A DNA stretch of 64,000 nt from Octopus sinensis. Its lineage: Eukaryota. A program made the position numbers and the translations under genes. Shown here one piece after another: positions 38,731 to 52,291 of the stretch; position 1 is the stretch's first letter; every line of letters begins with the position of its first letter. The stretch lies in NCBI RefSeq assembly GCF_006345805.1, contig NC_043008.1:34410001-34474000 (forward strand), given 5' to 3'. Under the pieces are notes generated by a model. It did not search any database. It saw only the letters and a list, made by a program, of their open reading frames with translations, and had not been told where the DNA came from.

Positions 38731-41236
38731 TATATACATTATACATATATAAATGCTCTCTCTCTCTCTCCCTTTCTTTGAAGGAAATTTAGCTGATATT
38801 TCAAGCAGGTTGAGTAACTACAATCTCTTAATTTGTTTGATAAAGGCTATAAAGCTTACTGAGTTTTTTTTTCCACCCTTCCTTACTCTCATATCACTAT
38901 AGCAACTATGTGTTTACCATAGCTACCCAAATTAGATCACCTTGGTAGCAGACGCTTATCAAGTGTGTCTGATGAGTCATCTGAGCAGTTCAAGAACATT
39001 ATTTTATGGATGTTCCAACAGTTAATTGTTTTTGTGTATCTGACTTGTCAAGAACCATAGTTCTTGATCAGTCTGACAATATAAATGTATGTATATAAAT
39101 ATAATATGAATAATACACACATTCACACACACAAACAATTCAGGTAAGCAACAGGTTCTCTGACAATGTGCATTCACATGTGTAATCAACTGAACCGTTT
39201 ATTCATTAATTAACATTATGTGTCTTAGTATTTCACAGACACATGTACTCTTAACAGGCTGAATCAAGTGAGATACAATATCTAACAAGGGTGGATCCTT
39301 GAAATATTGGTTCACTTATTCATCTGTAAAAGCTAATCATCTTCGTCATTATTTAAGCGTCCACTTTTCTATGCTCACATGGGTCAGGCAGAATTTGCTG
39401 AGGATAATTTTCTATAGCTGGATTTGCATTTTTGTATCTCTAAGGGATTTTGACTCTTATTTCTAGAAATATAGGTGTTACCCTGAATGCTCAGTCACAA
39501 TTAGTGACAAATGAATTTTTCCTTTTTGGTTTTATATTGAATGTAGCTGCCTTCATTATTTTATAATTCACACATTACCATTTTGCTGAATCATCCATTG
39601 ATTCAAATGGTAAATACTATATACTGACAGTCAGATTTAGCCAACCCATCCAGCAATGGAGTAGTCGCCACTGATGAGCTTTAATTTTAACTAAAACTAG
39701 ACTAGTAAGGTGATCTTGCTTGCTGTAGAGTGGTCACCTCCCCTGTCAGAGTGTAAACATGTGCTTTTTTTTGTAACTCTAAGGGTTTTTGACTCTTATT
39801 TCTAGCAATGTAGGTGCTACCCTGAACCCTCAGTCACAATTGTATATGTATATATATATATATATATATAATTTTAATCCAAACGGGAAACAAAAAAAAC
39901 AACAACAGGAACAATTACAGTATTATTATTAATAGGCGCTCAGGAATATATATATATAATCACTGTATCAATCAAACTATTGAATGTAGTTGTACACTGT
40001 TGGTTTCAACATGCTTTGTTACAGCCTTCAAATGACACCATTCTGTTGGTTATGCAGGCAGGAAGGCCTACACATGCCCTGAACAGGACACCAGTCCTTC
40101 ACAGGGTTACCCATTTACAATGGGCTTCTTTCAGTTTCTGTCAACCATATCCACTAACAAGGCCTTCATCAGCCTGGGGTATAATAGAAGACACTTGCTG
40201 AAGGTGCCTTGCAGTGGGATTCAAAACCATGTAGTTAAGAAGCAAACTTCTTACCACACACTCATGCCTGTGCCTGTATATCACTCACTCAACTCTGGTC
40301 CAGCAGAACAATGAGCAAAGGCTTTTCATTTATGACCATCCCATCTGCTTTTATTCCTCCTCCCAGTTAGAGTATATAAGGACCACATTATCTAATTGTG
40401 TTCTTCTTTTGAAAGACCATAAGGCATGATTTAAGAGTAGATTAGGCAGCTTTTTCTAGCTGTTTCAAAAACCATTGGCAAAAACAAGAGGTGATACCCT
40501 CAGCAAACCTGTACTCGTCATATACTTTAATAGAAGTTCTGAAAGAAAGTTCTTGCTCAGCCCTGATCAAGTAGACCTAAGCTCAAAACCATTTCAATCT
40601 TGATCCAACATGTTTGTTTAAGAGAGTGTATCTTGGACTACAATTATACAATGTGCCCTGCATTCTGAAAGGAAATTAGTTACCATTTCTAGCAGGCTAA
40701 ACAACCATGTAGAAGCTTACCTCTTTGTAATTTCTTCAAAAATGATAAACCAAACTCTAGCACATACAACCATTGACATTTGAATTAATTCATCACCCAG
40801 TTTAACACCACTACCACCAAAATCATTGGGTTCTTTTAGCCCAGTCCACTCTGTTGTAAGCATCTAAGCCAGGGCCCTAGATTGCTGGTTTGAAGATAAG
40901 TGACACCCTTAACCCTATGTGTAACAAGACCCTGAAAACAAGGTCATGAGTACTACTATTCCTCCTCTCAGTGAGCTATTAAAAACATGATCAAATAAAT
41001 AGCATTATTTGTAATCGACTCATCCCCTTCTCCAAAACTGGTGCCCTTGTGGCAAAATTTGAAACCATTATTTGATAGAATCAATCAAATTGTTTCAAAT
41101 AATTTTGATCCACATGTTTCAGTTGATGATAATATGCACACACCAATGTTGTCATTTATCTCGTCACCATAGGATACGTAGCACTTTTTGTAGTGTAATT
41201 CATATAGAGTATATCAAGCAACCATTTCCAATGATA

Positions 41237-41277
<41 letters not shown>

Positions 41278-41991
41278 TACATATATCATATGGATGTGTT
41301 ATAATACTATTCCGTACATACAATAACAGCCATACCAACAATCCAACATACTTCCATTATCAGCTGCCCTATGAATATCACTATGGTTTCGACACCTGGG
41401 CAGCACCTTTCAATCCGGCAGTGTCAACAGCACTAAAATAAGTGTTGTTTGAGAATATATACATATATCATCATCATTTAATGCTCGTTGTCCATGATGG
41501 CATGGATTGGACAGTTTGACTGAGCTGGTACGCTGGAAGGCTGCACCAGACTCTAGTCTGATTTGGCATGGTTTTCTATGGCTGGATGCCCTTTGTATCA
41601 CAAACCACTCCAAGAGTGTAATGGGTACTTTTACGTGCCACCAGTATAAGCCACGACTGCAATTTTGCTCGACTTGAGGAGTTGTCTTCTTAAGCATGAC
41701 CTCATGCCAAAGGTTTCAGTCATTGCCTCCATGAGGCCCAACACTCAAAAGGAACTCAGCCACTTTGCCTCCCTGAGGCCCAATGCTTGAAAGGTGTTCC
41801 TTACGTTCCACCAGTACAGGTGCTCTTAGCCTGACAGTTCCTCTCAAGCAGAAAAGAAAGAGAATACTAAATACTGAAAGTAGAATGTCAAAATATGTTT
41901 ATTAAACTGAAACATCAAATGTTGAGTATGAATGTCATATTTACAAATTTTAAATTGTATCTGAGCAATAAAACAGAAAAACCATTGAAAG

Positions 41992-42333
41992 CAGTTTGAC
42001 ACAGCTCCATATGACAAAAAGTTTCATGGGCACACTGGACAGGCCCATCTTATCACACATCAGGAGAAGAATAATGGGTTTGAGATAAATTCAAGATGGC
42101 TTCTAGATGTTAGGCCTCTGTTGGTCAACTTAGGTTACATGGTGTTAAAGCTGTGGGAAGCAACAACAATTCTTTTCTTACACACCATTAACACCACATG
42201 GCCTGAGTGACCAATGAAGCCAAACATCTACAAGCCATTTGTCTCAAACCCTTTATTCTTCTCTTCATATCTGATGAGATGGGCCTGTCCTATGCACCCA
42301 TGAAACTAAGTCATATGGAGCTGTGTCAAACTG
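41992..42333. repeat. ~340-bp imperfect palindrome (fold-back)
   Basis: Terminal cagtttgacacagctccatatgac / gtcatatggagctgtgtcaaactg pair perfectly, and arm complementarity continues to a central spacer of about 25 nt. Confidence 0.9.
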
Positions 42334-42639
42334 TTATTAATATATTTCACTCTTTGGTAGTCTCTCTTTTTTTTTTCTTCAGTTTATCTACACTGAAATC
42401 TTTGGATTTGCACATACGTGCGTTCATGTGTGTGTAAAAATATGCACACAGGGACTGTCATGAGTTGAATTAAGTTGAATTGTAATAGTTAATGAAATTT
42501 CCTTTAAAGTAAACCTATACAAATAAAATTTATCTACACGTATTTTCAATTTAGAAATATGAGTTAAGTGCATTGCAACACTTGAGAACATGTGTGGTTT
42601 GTGATACAGAAATATCTTACTTCAATATCTAATTTAAAT

Positions 42640-42830
42640 CTAAGGATGATGGAGGAAAGTTCAGAAGTCATCTGCCAACTCAGAGAATAATTGATATATT
42701 ATTTAGCACGTGAGGAAAGTATCCCAGTTCAGTTAATGATGCAGCTTGTTCTGGTTGCCCAATATCAGTCAGAACAGAAGAGAATGTTCGGCTAGCCAGC
42801 AACGTTATGAACAACATTCTTAGAGATCTT
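42640..42830 (+). mobile_element. Tc1/mariner transposase fragment
   Basis: SVNDAACSGCPISVRTEENV resembles the SxxDxPRSGRPxxVRTxEN helix-turn-helix linker. Confidence 0.4.
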
Positions 42831-45176
42831 TTATGCATGGTTTATCTATGAACAGCAGCCAAACACTTTCTGAATATATTAACATGAATATATATACCTA
42901 CATATGTATGTATATACATACATCTAGAGAGAGAGAAAGAGAAGTGGATGAGAGTAAATTTGAGAGTTTGGAAAAGTTTGCATGCCATGAAGAAAAGAGA
43001 AATCTGCTGTTATGGGACTGATGTTTCATCTGAAAGAGAAAAACTACTTCCAAAACCCATGAGCTTGATTCTACAATTTTTTGGCCAACATACACTACTA
43101 GTTTCTTCAAGCTGTTTTTTTTAATATATTTTTACCATGATTGCATGTGTGTGTGTGTGTCTGTGTGTGTGTATACAATTAAAAATTGAGATTTCCACAA
43201 TCCAATTGAAAAGCAATAATATAACACTTGCAGTAATGACATAAAAGCCGAACTTGTAAATATTATTTTTACTTTATATATCAAGTATTCTTTCTTCATT
43301 TCTCTATATATTGCGATAAATACCTGTGTTCTGAAAATATCATTTGAATATATCAATGTTTCGTGTTCCTAATGATATTACAAATTATTGCATTTAGTTT
43401 TTCCACTTAATTTTTTGTTTTGTACATTTTAATGTAGGAGAACTTAATGTAGATTCTATATAAATCCCAGTTCAGGAAATGAAGATATACTGCACAGTCT
43501 AACTCTGAGATACTAACTAATATTTGTCTCCTAGATGTGTCCTATTTCATTACATATTCTATATAAAAAGACCTTTAGATCATCTGTGCTAGATGTAATT
43601 TCCTGGAATTCCATTTATGGAAGAATCTATCTTATACCATTATCACAGAACTGAACAAGTTACTTTCTTCAATGTCTGCAATCAAATAGTTTTTCATTTC
43701 ATTAATAACAACTGTTATTACACAACAATTTCTGTAGAGTTTTCTAGAAAGATCCTTTCTCTTGTCCTATAAATTCTATCATGTGGTTTAAATAGATTCT
43801 GAATTACTTCCTCAGTTGAATGAATAATTACATCTTAAACAATCATTCAAGTAATATTTAATGTTTGAGATAAAGTTGTTAATATAATTATCATTTTCCA
43901 AACTATCAACCTCTTATTCAGAGTATATATTTACAATGTTTAATTTACGATACTTCAGTTGGTTTGATCTCTAATCACAATTTAATCATAATCAGGTGTT
44001 TTCTAACTGGATTTGAAAAAAGAGTAATTTAATAAGATTGCAATTTACTATATTATTAATCTCATAGAATGTGTATTCACTACATCTTGATTGATTCAAT
44101 TTTGCGTTTATCAGTAGGGTTTCTTATTTTTGGATAAGTACACAGTCCCTGATGGGATTTCAACCAAAAAGTCCTTATCTACAAAGTTACAGATTATTAT
44201 GTAAGTGCACAACTATTCTTAGTTTAGAGATAAAAGTTCCTAGTTTGAATCTAGAATGCACATATTCAAAAGTAAAGACACTTGGTGACAATCGGAAATA
44301 GAACTATTCAATGGGTAATAGAACTGAATATTATTATAAATATCCTTTCTACTATAGGCACGAGGCCTGAAATTTGAGGAAGTGGGATAGTTGATTACAT
44401 CAGCCCCAGTATTTAACTGGTACTTATTTTATCGACCTCGAAAGGATGAAAGGCAAAGTCAATGAATAGTGAAATCTGGGCATCTGCTGTGTATTCCATT
44501 AATTGTTTTTAGCACCCAAGTCAGCACTGATTGAGTATTTCAATGATGATAAGATAGAGGACCAGTTTGTCTCCATAGTATGCTTTTGTCAATCCTTCCA
44601 CCCCTATTACAAGCATTTTGGTTTCTCAAAGCAGTGTCCATCTGCCTGTCTCTGAGTGTGTGTATAACATTGCCAGCATATAGGAGTAAAAGGCACAGGT
44701 GATAATGACAGTGTTGTGTGAGTATAATAAGAAGGGTGTGTGTGTGTGTGTGTGTGTGTGCATGTGTGTATACATATCATGGTCATCATCGCTGTTTTTA
44801 ATGTCCACATGGATCAAACGCAGTTTATTGAGACAGATTGTCAAATGGTCAGATACCCTCCTACTATCAAACCCCACATCTGTTTCCAAGTAAGGTAATA
44901 TTTCTTCGTGACCAGACATATTTGCACACAATACTAGAAGTGAATATCATAACTTGTATGATTGTGACACTCACTTTAAAACTATCGTGTTAGGTCAAGG
45001 AGCACACGTGCACACACACGTACACATACAACAGGCTTCTTTCAGTTCCCATCTACCAAATCCACTTACAAGGCTTTTGTCAACTTGGAGCAATAGTTGA
45101 AGATATTTGCTTAAAGTGCTATGCAGTGAGAGTGAACCCAGAATCCTGTGGTTAGGAAAGAAACTTCTTACCATGT

Positions 45177-45212
<36 letters not shown>

Positions 45213-45222
45213 TATCATTTAA

Positions 45223-45450
45223 GGCAGCGAGCTGGCAGAAACGTTAGCCCGCCAGGCAAAATGCTTATCGGTATTTCTGCCGCTACGTTCTGAGTTCAAA
45301 TTCCGCTGAGGTCGACTTTGCTTTTCATCCTTTCGGGGTCAATTAAATAAGTACCAGTTAAGCACTGGGGTCAATATAATCAACTTAATCCGTTTGTCTG
45401 TCCTTGTGTGTCCCCTCTGTGTGTAGCCCCTTGTGGGCAGTAAAAAAATA
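45223..45450 (+). mobile_element. SINE family C with 15-bp TSD
   Basis: TSD acaaatatcatttaa at 45208-45222 and 45451-45465. Confidence 0.88.
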
Positions 45451-47782
45451 ACAAATATCATTTAAACATCCAGACCAATTTTTGGAGAAGGTTTTTGGAA
45501 GGATGAAAGGCAATGCCAACCTTGGAAGATATGGAACATAGAATGTAAAATGATGCCACTAAATACCAGAAGGCACTGTCTAATGTTGTCCCAATTCTGA
45601 TAGCACATTGACCTCCATCCATAACAGCCATGCAACACAGGAAGATTGCAGAAACTTAAATTGAGTGGAGAAATTATGCCCACATTACATAACCAAATTG
45701 CGTGACTTTACCAGATAAGAATTCATAAAAGTTATAACCTCCTGCAAGACTATTGACATCTGTTAGTCTTGTAGTATTTTTAACAACAGATGGCTCCAGA
45801 CAAGAACAGTGCTTGAGGTGCATTAAAACCAGGAAGGTGAAGACACACAATTGAATATGGAAGTGCTGTATTTGATTGTATAAAAGACACACTGGCCTCC
45901 TATAAATATACTCCTATTTCAGCGGTGCATATTTAGAAAGAAATGTTTTTTAAGTATTAAAGCTTACAGGAGACCCAGCTTCAAATAAAGGACCCAGGAT
46001 GATTTCTCGGTACGATTTTTTGGAAAAAGAAAAGTGCATCTCATATGGCAAATCTTAGAGATTAAGGGCTCAGCAATAAGTGCTGAACATTTTGGGATAT
46101 ACTGGTGAACAGTTTCAATAGCTGGTACTATACATTGTACACTGTGTAAATTTGAAACACTTGAAAATGTACAGCAGCCACTCTTTGAACAATATCATGT
46201 TAAAAGTCACAACTTTAACAAATTTTAGAAATTTCTCCATTATGGTTTTACAATACAAAAATAAAAAAGCAAAAAAACAGAATAGTCTTTGCACAAAAAC
46301 AGGATAAATGCTAACATCAAAAGAAAAAAAAATCCACTATGGTTTTTAACATGTAACAATGGTAGGCAGAGAAACTGTTTCACATTTATGTAATATTTGA
46401 GTGTGCATCAGAGTGGGTAGGTGGGTAGCTTTGCTGCTGCCCCTGGCACCACCACCACCACTACCATTATCATCATCATCATCTTAGCTTTGTTATTAAA
46501 AAGTCATTTTAATCTTTGGTTAACTTCACTTGCAACAGCCAACATTATTCATTTAATTCTTTATACAAGACTACATATTTATACAAAATGCACGCATACA
46601 TGAACATATGCATTTATGCACATATATGAGTGTACGTTAATGGCTAAGATTTAATTATAAATGATATGAATGACATTATAAGAACTAATTCTAGAACAAA
46701 AATTGAATAAGTTGTTCAATGGGAATTGAACCTTATATCTGTTTCATTCCAAGCATTATCAATTACATCAAAGATTGCCTACCATCTCTTACTGTCATAG
46801 ACAAGTGCTTAAAATGTCTTCCATATCAGCATCATCGTTTAACATCTATTTTCTATGTTGGCATGGGTTAGAAAGTTTAACAGGAAATGACTAGCCACAG
46901 GCTATACCAAGCTTCAGTTTCTGTTTCACCAAGGTTTCTGAGGTTGGCTGTTCTTTCTAATGCCAACCACTTTATAGAGTGCAATGGATAGGTTTTGTTT
47001 TTTTTTTTATGCGCAATAGTAAGGTCACCAAATACCCAAAGGACAAGACACCTCAACTGAGTAAGGGTAAAGCATTGAGGTTGGCTTTAAGCCAAATATT
47101 GAGAGCTTTAAAGTAGAGGGACAGGAACAGGTGTCTTACTGAAAGATACATGACTTTTTCAGTGTATGTGTGTGTACACATAAATAGTTATACATACACA
47201 CAAACAGCATGAAAGCCAGACATTAAATAATAATGACGATATTTATTACATGAAAATGCAATATCGATCATGATCAATTTTCACAGAAAAACATTTGATA
47301 CTGTACCTAGTTCACACCTCATGTCAAAAGAAAGATTTCTATACAATATCCAAAATGTTAAGAAAAAAATTTTCTCATAATTTGCTCATTATATACTGTG
47401 AAGCATGGGAGTAAACAACATTAGATGTTTGGGTTAAAAATATAACTTCAAGTAGAAGACAGTAAATAAAAATTGCATCTTATTCTAAAAGCAAAGACAA
47501 GAAAGAAGATTTGTTCATTTTGTAATTTAAAAACTATTCCTATTATCAAAATATACATATATAATTGTAAGTGATGTTGGTTGGACGGTTTGACTGGGCT
47601 GGCGTGCTGGAAGGCTGCACCAGACTCCAGTCTGATTTGGCATGGTTTTCTATGGCTGTGGATGCCCTTCCTAATGCCAACCACTCTGAGATTGTAATGG
47701 GAGCTTTATATATTCATATACACACACACATATATATATATATATGTATACATACACATTCATATACACACATACACACACA

Positions 47783-48629
47783 CATCATCATCATCATCAT
47801 CATCGTCGTTTAACGTCCGTTCTCCATGCTAGCATGGGTTGGACGGTTCGACCGGGGTTCTGGGAAGCCAGAAGGCTGCACCAGGCTCCAGTCTAATTTG
47901 GCAATGTTTCTACAGCTGGATGCCCTTCCTAACGCCAACCACTCCGTGAGTGTAGTGGGTGCTTTTTACGTGCCACCTGCACAGGTGCCAGGCGGGGCTG
48001 GCAACAGCCACGGTCAGATTGGTGTATTTTATGTGCCACCGGCACGGAAGCCAGTCGAGGCGGTGCTGGCATCGGCCACGAGTCGGATAGTGCTTTTTAC
48101 GTACCACCAGACCAGGGATCCTGGCTGGTTCAATTCGATTTCGATTTCGCTTGCCCCAACATGTCTTCACAAGCAAAGGGGGTTGGCAAGGGTGCCTGTC
48201 GTACGGTCGCATTGGAGTATTTTACGTGCCACGGCCACGAGTCGGATAGTGCTTTACGTACCACCAGACCAGGGATACTGGCTGGTTCAATTCGATTTCG
48301 ATTTCGCTTGCCCCAACATGTCTTCACAAGCAAAGGGGGTTGGCAAGGGTGCCTGTCGTACGGTCGCATTGGAGTATTTTACGTCCCACGGCCACGAGTC
48401 GGATAGTGCTTTACGTACCACCAGACCAGGGATCCTGGCTGGTTCAATTCGATTTCGATTTCGCTTGCCCCAACATGTCTTCACAAGCAAAGGGGGTTGG
48501 CATGGGTGCCTGTCGTACGGTCGCATTGGAGTATTTTACGTGCCACGGCCCCGAGTCGGATAGTGCTTTTTACGTACCACCAGGCCAGGGATCCTGGCTG
48601 GTTCAATTCGGTTTCGATTTCGATTTCGA
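47783..48629 (-). mobile_element. Young RTE-tail element whose 5' part is a 157-bp tandem array
   Basis: (GAT)n tail and ccaacccatgctagcatggagaacggacgttaaacga 3' end shared with the RTE at 48829-50349. CpG-rich. Confidence 0.85.
48074..48629. repeat. Tandem repeat, unit 157-159 bp, 3 full units plus 1 partial
   Basis: Unit starts (ggccacgagtcggatagtgc) at 48074, 48233, 48390 and 48547. Confidence 0.95.
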
Positions 48630-48828
48630 TACACATATATATATATATATACATATTTATATACACACATATAAACATACATGTGTGTGTATATATATAT
48701 ATATATATATCTTTATAATCAAGGATAAAATCTATATAAGATTTACTGAAGTAACCAGCATGTAATAAACCATATAGGTAAAAATTAATACAAAATATAT
48801 AAAATATATCTAATTATATATTTTGTAT

Positions 48829-50349
48829 ATCACCATCATCATTTAGCGTCTGTTTTCTATGTTGGCATGAGTTGGACGGTTTGACTGGGGACTGGCAAGC
48901 CAGGAGGCTGCACCAGGCTCCAATCTAATCTGGCAATGTTTCTACAGCTGGATGCCCTTCCTAACACCAACCACTTTGAGAGTGTAGTTGTTGCTTTTTA
49001 CGTGCCAACGGCATGAGAGCCATACAGGTGGCACTGGCATCGGCCACATTCAGATGGTGCTTTTTACATGGCACAGGTGTCAGTCAGGACGAGGGGACTG
49101 GCATTGACCACGTTCAGATGATGCTTTTCACATGACAATGGCACAGGGAGCCAGTCAGATGGTACTGGTAACGACCCACACATGAATGGTGCTTTGTGCC
49201 ACCAGCATGGGAGTCAGTCAGGCGGCACTGGCATCAGCCACAACGACAATTTCCATTTGATTTTGATTTACTTGACTCAATAGGTCTCCTCAAGCACAGC
49301 ATGTCGCCCAATGATCCAAAGATACTTTTCTAAGTGGGCTGGTTATGTGACACTGATGTAGGCTATGACTGTGATCTCACTTTACTTTACATATCAGGTC
49401 TTCTCAGTCACAGTATATTTCCTGAGGTCTCAGTCTTTCGTCATTACCTCTGTGAGGCCCAACATTCGAAGGTCATGCTTCACCACCTCATCCCATTTCT
49501 TCCTGGGTTTCCCCTTCCATCGATTCCTCCGACCATTAGGGAGTGACGCTTCTTCACACAACTCTCCTCATCTATATGTAGCAATGACCATACCAGCACT
49601 GTCATCTCTCTTGCACACCACATCTGATGCTTCATATGTCCAACATTTCTCTCAGGGCACTTACCCTCTATCGTGTGTGCACACTGACATTACACATCCA
49701 TCAGATCATACTTGTTTCATTTCTTTCGAGCTTACACACATCTCCTTCAGTCACACCCCATGTGTCACTGCCGTGTAGCATGGCAGTTCGCACACATGCA
49801 TCATACAATTTACCTTTTACTCTGAGCGAGAGGCCCTTTGTCACCAGCAGAGGTAGGAGCTTTCTTAACTTTGCCCAGGCTATTCTTATTCTAGTGGCAA
49901 TGCTCTCCATACATCCACCCCCACTGCAGACTTGGTCACCCAGGTAGCAGAAGCTATCAACTACTTCTAGTTTCTTCCCCCTGGCATGTGATGGAATCAG
50001 TTTTCTGGGCATCTGCAGTGTTTACTGCCTCTGTGCATCTGCAGCACACAAAAGCTATCTTTCCAGTTATTCTTCTTTGATGTTGCTGTACCTCTTATGC
50101 ATCCATAGTTAACACTGGGTACATGTTATGGTGTTTCTACCAACACCTTTTCTACAGATCAAGCAGGGCCATCTTCCTGAAGGGGTTTGTGATGTGTTCG
50201 CCTTCCTACTTACTAGGACTTTGGTTTTTGCAACACTGACTCTAAGGCTCTTCTATTCCAAACCTTGCTTCCACACCTGAAATTTCTTCTTTAATTCTGG
50301 TAGTGATTTTGCTATGAGAGCAAGGTCATCAGCATAGAGGAGCTCCCAC
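48829..50349 (-). mobile_element. RTE-clade LINE, 5'-truncated and decayed (RT with YADD through 3' UTR and GAT tail)
   Basis: Minus-strand translation: WELLYADDLALIA, Cys cluster WPCLICRKGVG..CTQC, LEVVDSFCYLGD, RIRIAWAK, KGKLYDACVRTAMLHGSDTW. Contains stops and frameshifts. 3' UTR ends in a (GAT)n-like tail near 48830. Confidence 0.9.
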
Positions 50350-50815
50350 ACAGATACACATATATATATATACTCACATATACATATAAATGTATATACA
50401 TGTGTGTGTGTGCATATAAAAAGTAAACAAATAGTGCTTAATGTATGTAAGTATTATGTATGTGTGTGTGTGTGTGTATATGAAAAAGGCAAATATGTCT
50501 GCAGTAGCACATTCTGTTACGCCCATCTTGAGGAATATATATTATATTAACAAAAGTGCTTTATGAGTACTTAACAATAAAAGGAAACGCTCACTGCTAT
50601 GACAATAGCATACATGATTAATATAACAAAACTAACTTGAAATCTAATAAAATTTCCTTTAATCGGATTTTATTTTTGTAAAATCAATTTCTCAATTTTT
50701 CAACATGTACATTATATTTGAAATGTATAGCAGAATTTCTTAAATGTTGCATATCTTGTCATTTATACCCACACCCACACACATTGGTATTTGCATCAAG
50801 ATATATTAAGTTGTG

Positions 50816-51127
50816 TGGAAGCGCAATGGCCCAGTGGTTAGCGTAGCGGACTTGCGGTCAGAGGATCGCGGTTTCGATTCCCAGACCAGGCGTTGTGTGT
50901 TTATTGAGCAAAAACACCTAAAAAGCTCCACGAGACTCCAGCAGGGGGTGGTGGCAACCCCTGTTGTACTCTTTCACTACAACTTTCTCTCACTCTCTCT
51001 TCCTGTTTCTTGAGTAATGCTGTGATGGACTGGCATCCCGTCCAGCTGGGGAGAACACATATGCCACGGAAACTGGGAAACCGGGCCCATGAGCCTGGCT
51101 AGGCTTGAAATGGGCGACGTTTATCGT
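50816..51127 (+). mobile_element. Young tRNA-headed SINE with V-domain-like central segment and 14-bp TSD
   Basis: A box TGGCCCAGTGG, B box GGTTTCGATTCC, central gatggactggcatcccgtccag. TSD tatattaagttgtg at 50802-50815 and 51128-51141. Confidence 0.88.
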
Positions 51128-52253
51128 TATATTAAGTTGTGCCTTGAAAAGGTACCACATTTGCAGCATGTATATACACAGAAGTGTGTGTGTGAGTGTG
51201 TATGTATATATACAGAGAGAGAGACAGACAGACTAGTCAGAGAGAATAGACAGACAGATAGATAGATAGATTCTATTAAGTTGCTACATGGTATAATCCT
51301 GTACATTTCCTTCTTATCATGTAATCAAAACTTAACTTTTCCTATCTGTTCTTTCACTCTATAGAAAACACCAAATAGTTCTTGATTTATATGAAAATTG
51401 GTTGAGTACCTTCAATTAAAAATTACCTCGCTACAACTAATTATGGTGTCTTATCACAAAGTGTGTGAAACCATCTGTGTATATACACATGCAGGCATAC
51501 ACAATAGAAGTCCCTTCAGTATTTAAATGACAAAGCTTTTGTCTTTTTTTTTTCTTTTTATTCTGTTATAGTTTTCATTTTATGTATATTTTACTGTTTG
51601 ATATTTGGTGGTGAATATCCAGTCACTTATACTGTTTCCCCACCCACCATTTTTTTTCTTCTTTTTAATGATTCAGTCTGATAGGAGAGACCATACATAC
51701 TTGTTTCATCAGCTAAATGCAAACTATTTCAATATTAGGAACATGATGAAATTAAGTAAATCTCAGCATTCTGTAAATGAGGGTAGAAAGTAAATAAATA
51801 GACAAATTACTAATTGAGTCACAATTTCAAAATCTAAACTGCCACCACCATCAACAAACAAAGGTGGAGAAATTAGTCTCAAATATATATCAAAATGCAA
51901 ATGTTAATTTTATCGAACTACTACATGAGATGTATCAAGAAGAGAAAAACAGCAACTATTATTTGCCTGATTTTCATATTTTATCTCTTAATTTAATAAG
52001 GTAAGTATGTAGCAAATGATGTATTTTTTATCTTTTACTTGTTTCAGTCATTAGACTGCAGCCATGTTGGAGCACTACCTTGAAGGAATTTAGTTGAATG
52101 AATCAACTCCAGTACTTATTTTATTGCTAAGTCTAGTACTTATTCTATCAGTCACTTTTTCTGAACCGCTAAGTTACAAGGATGTGAACACATCCACACC
52201 GAATGTCAAGTGGTGGTGAGGGACAAACACAGACACAAATACACAACACACAC

Positions 52254-52291
<38 letters not shown>

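Noticed and set aside
39579-39690. Exon-like frame with a single TAG that A-to-I editing could recode to Trp
   Set aside because: No recognisable protein, no evidence of transcription, and an alternative acceptor at the TAG explains it equally well.
48074-48629. Regularly spaced repeats resembling a CRISPR array
   Set aside because: Units are wholly repeated with no unique spacers, there are no cas genes, and the context is eukaryotic.
47826-48765. 245-aa and 141-aa ORFs with repeated segments
   Set aside because: Antisense read-through of the GC-rich RTE tail and the 157-bp tandem array; no protein motif.
50821-50890. tRNA-like sequence
   Set aside because: It has A and B boxes but no proper acceptor stem, and continues into a SINE body with a TSD, so it is a SINE head.
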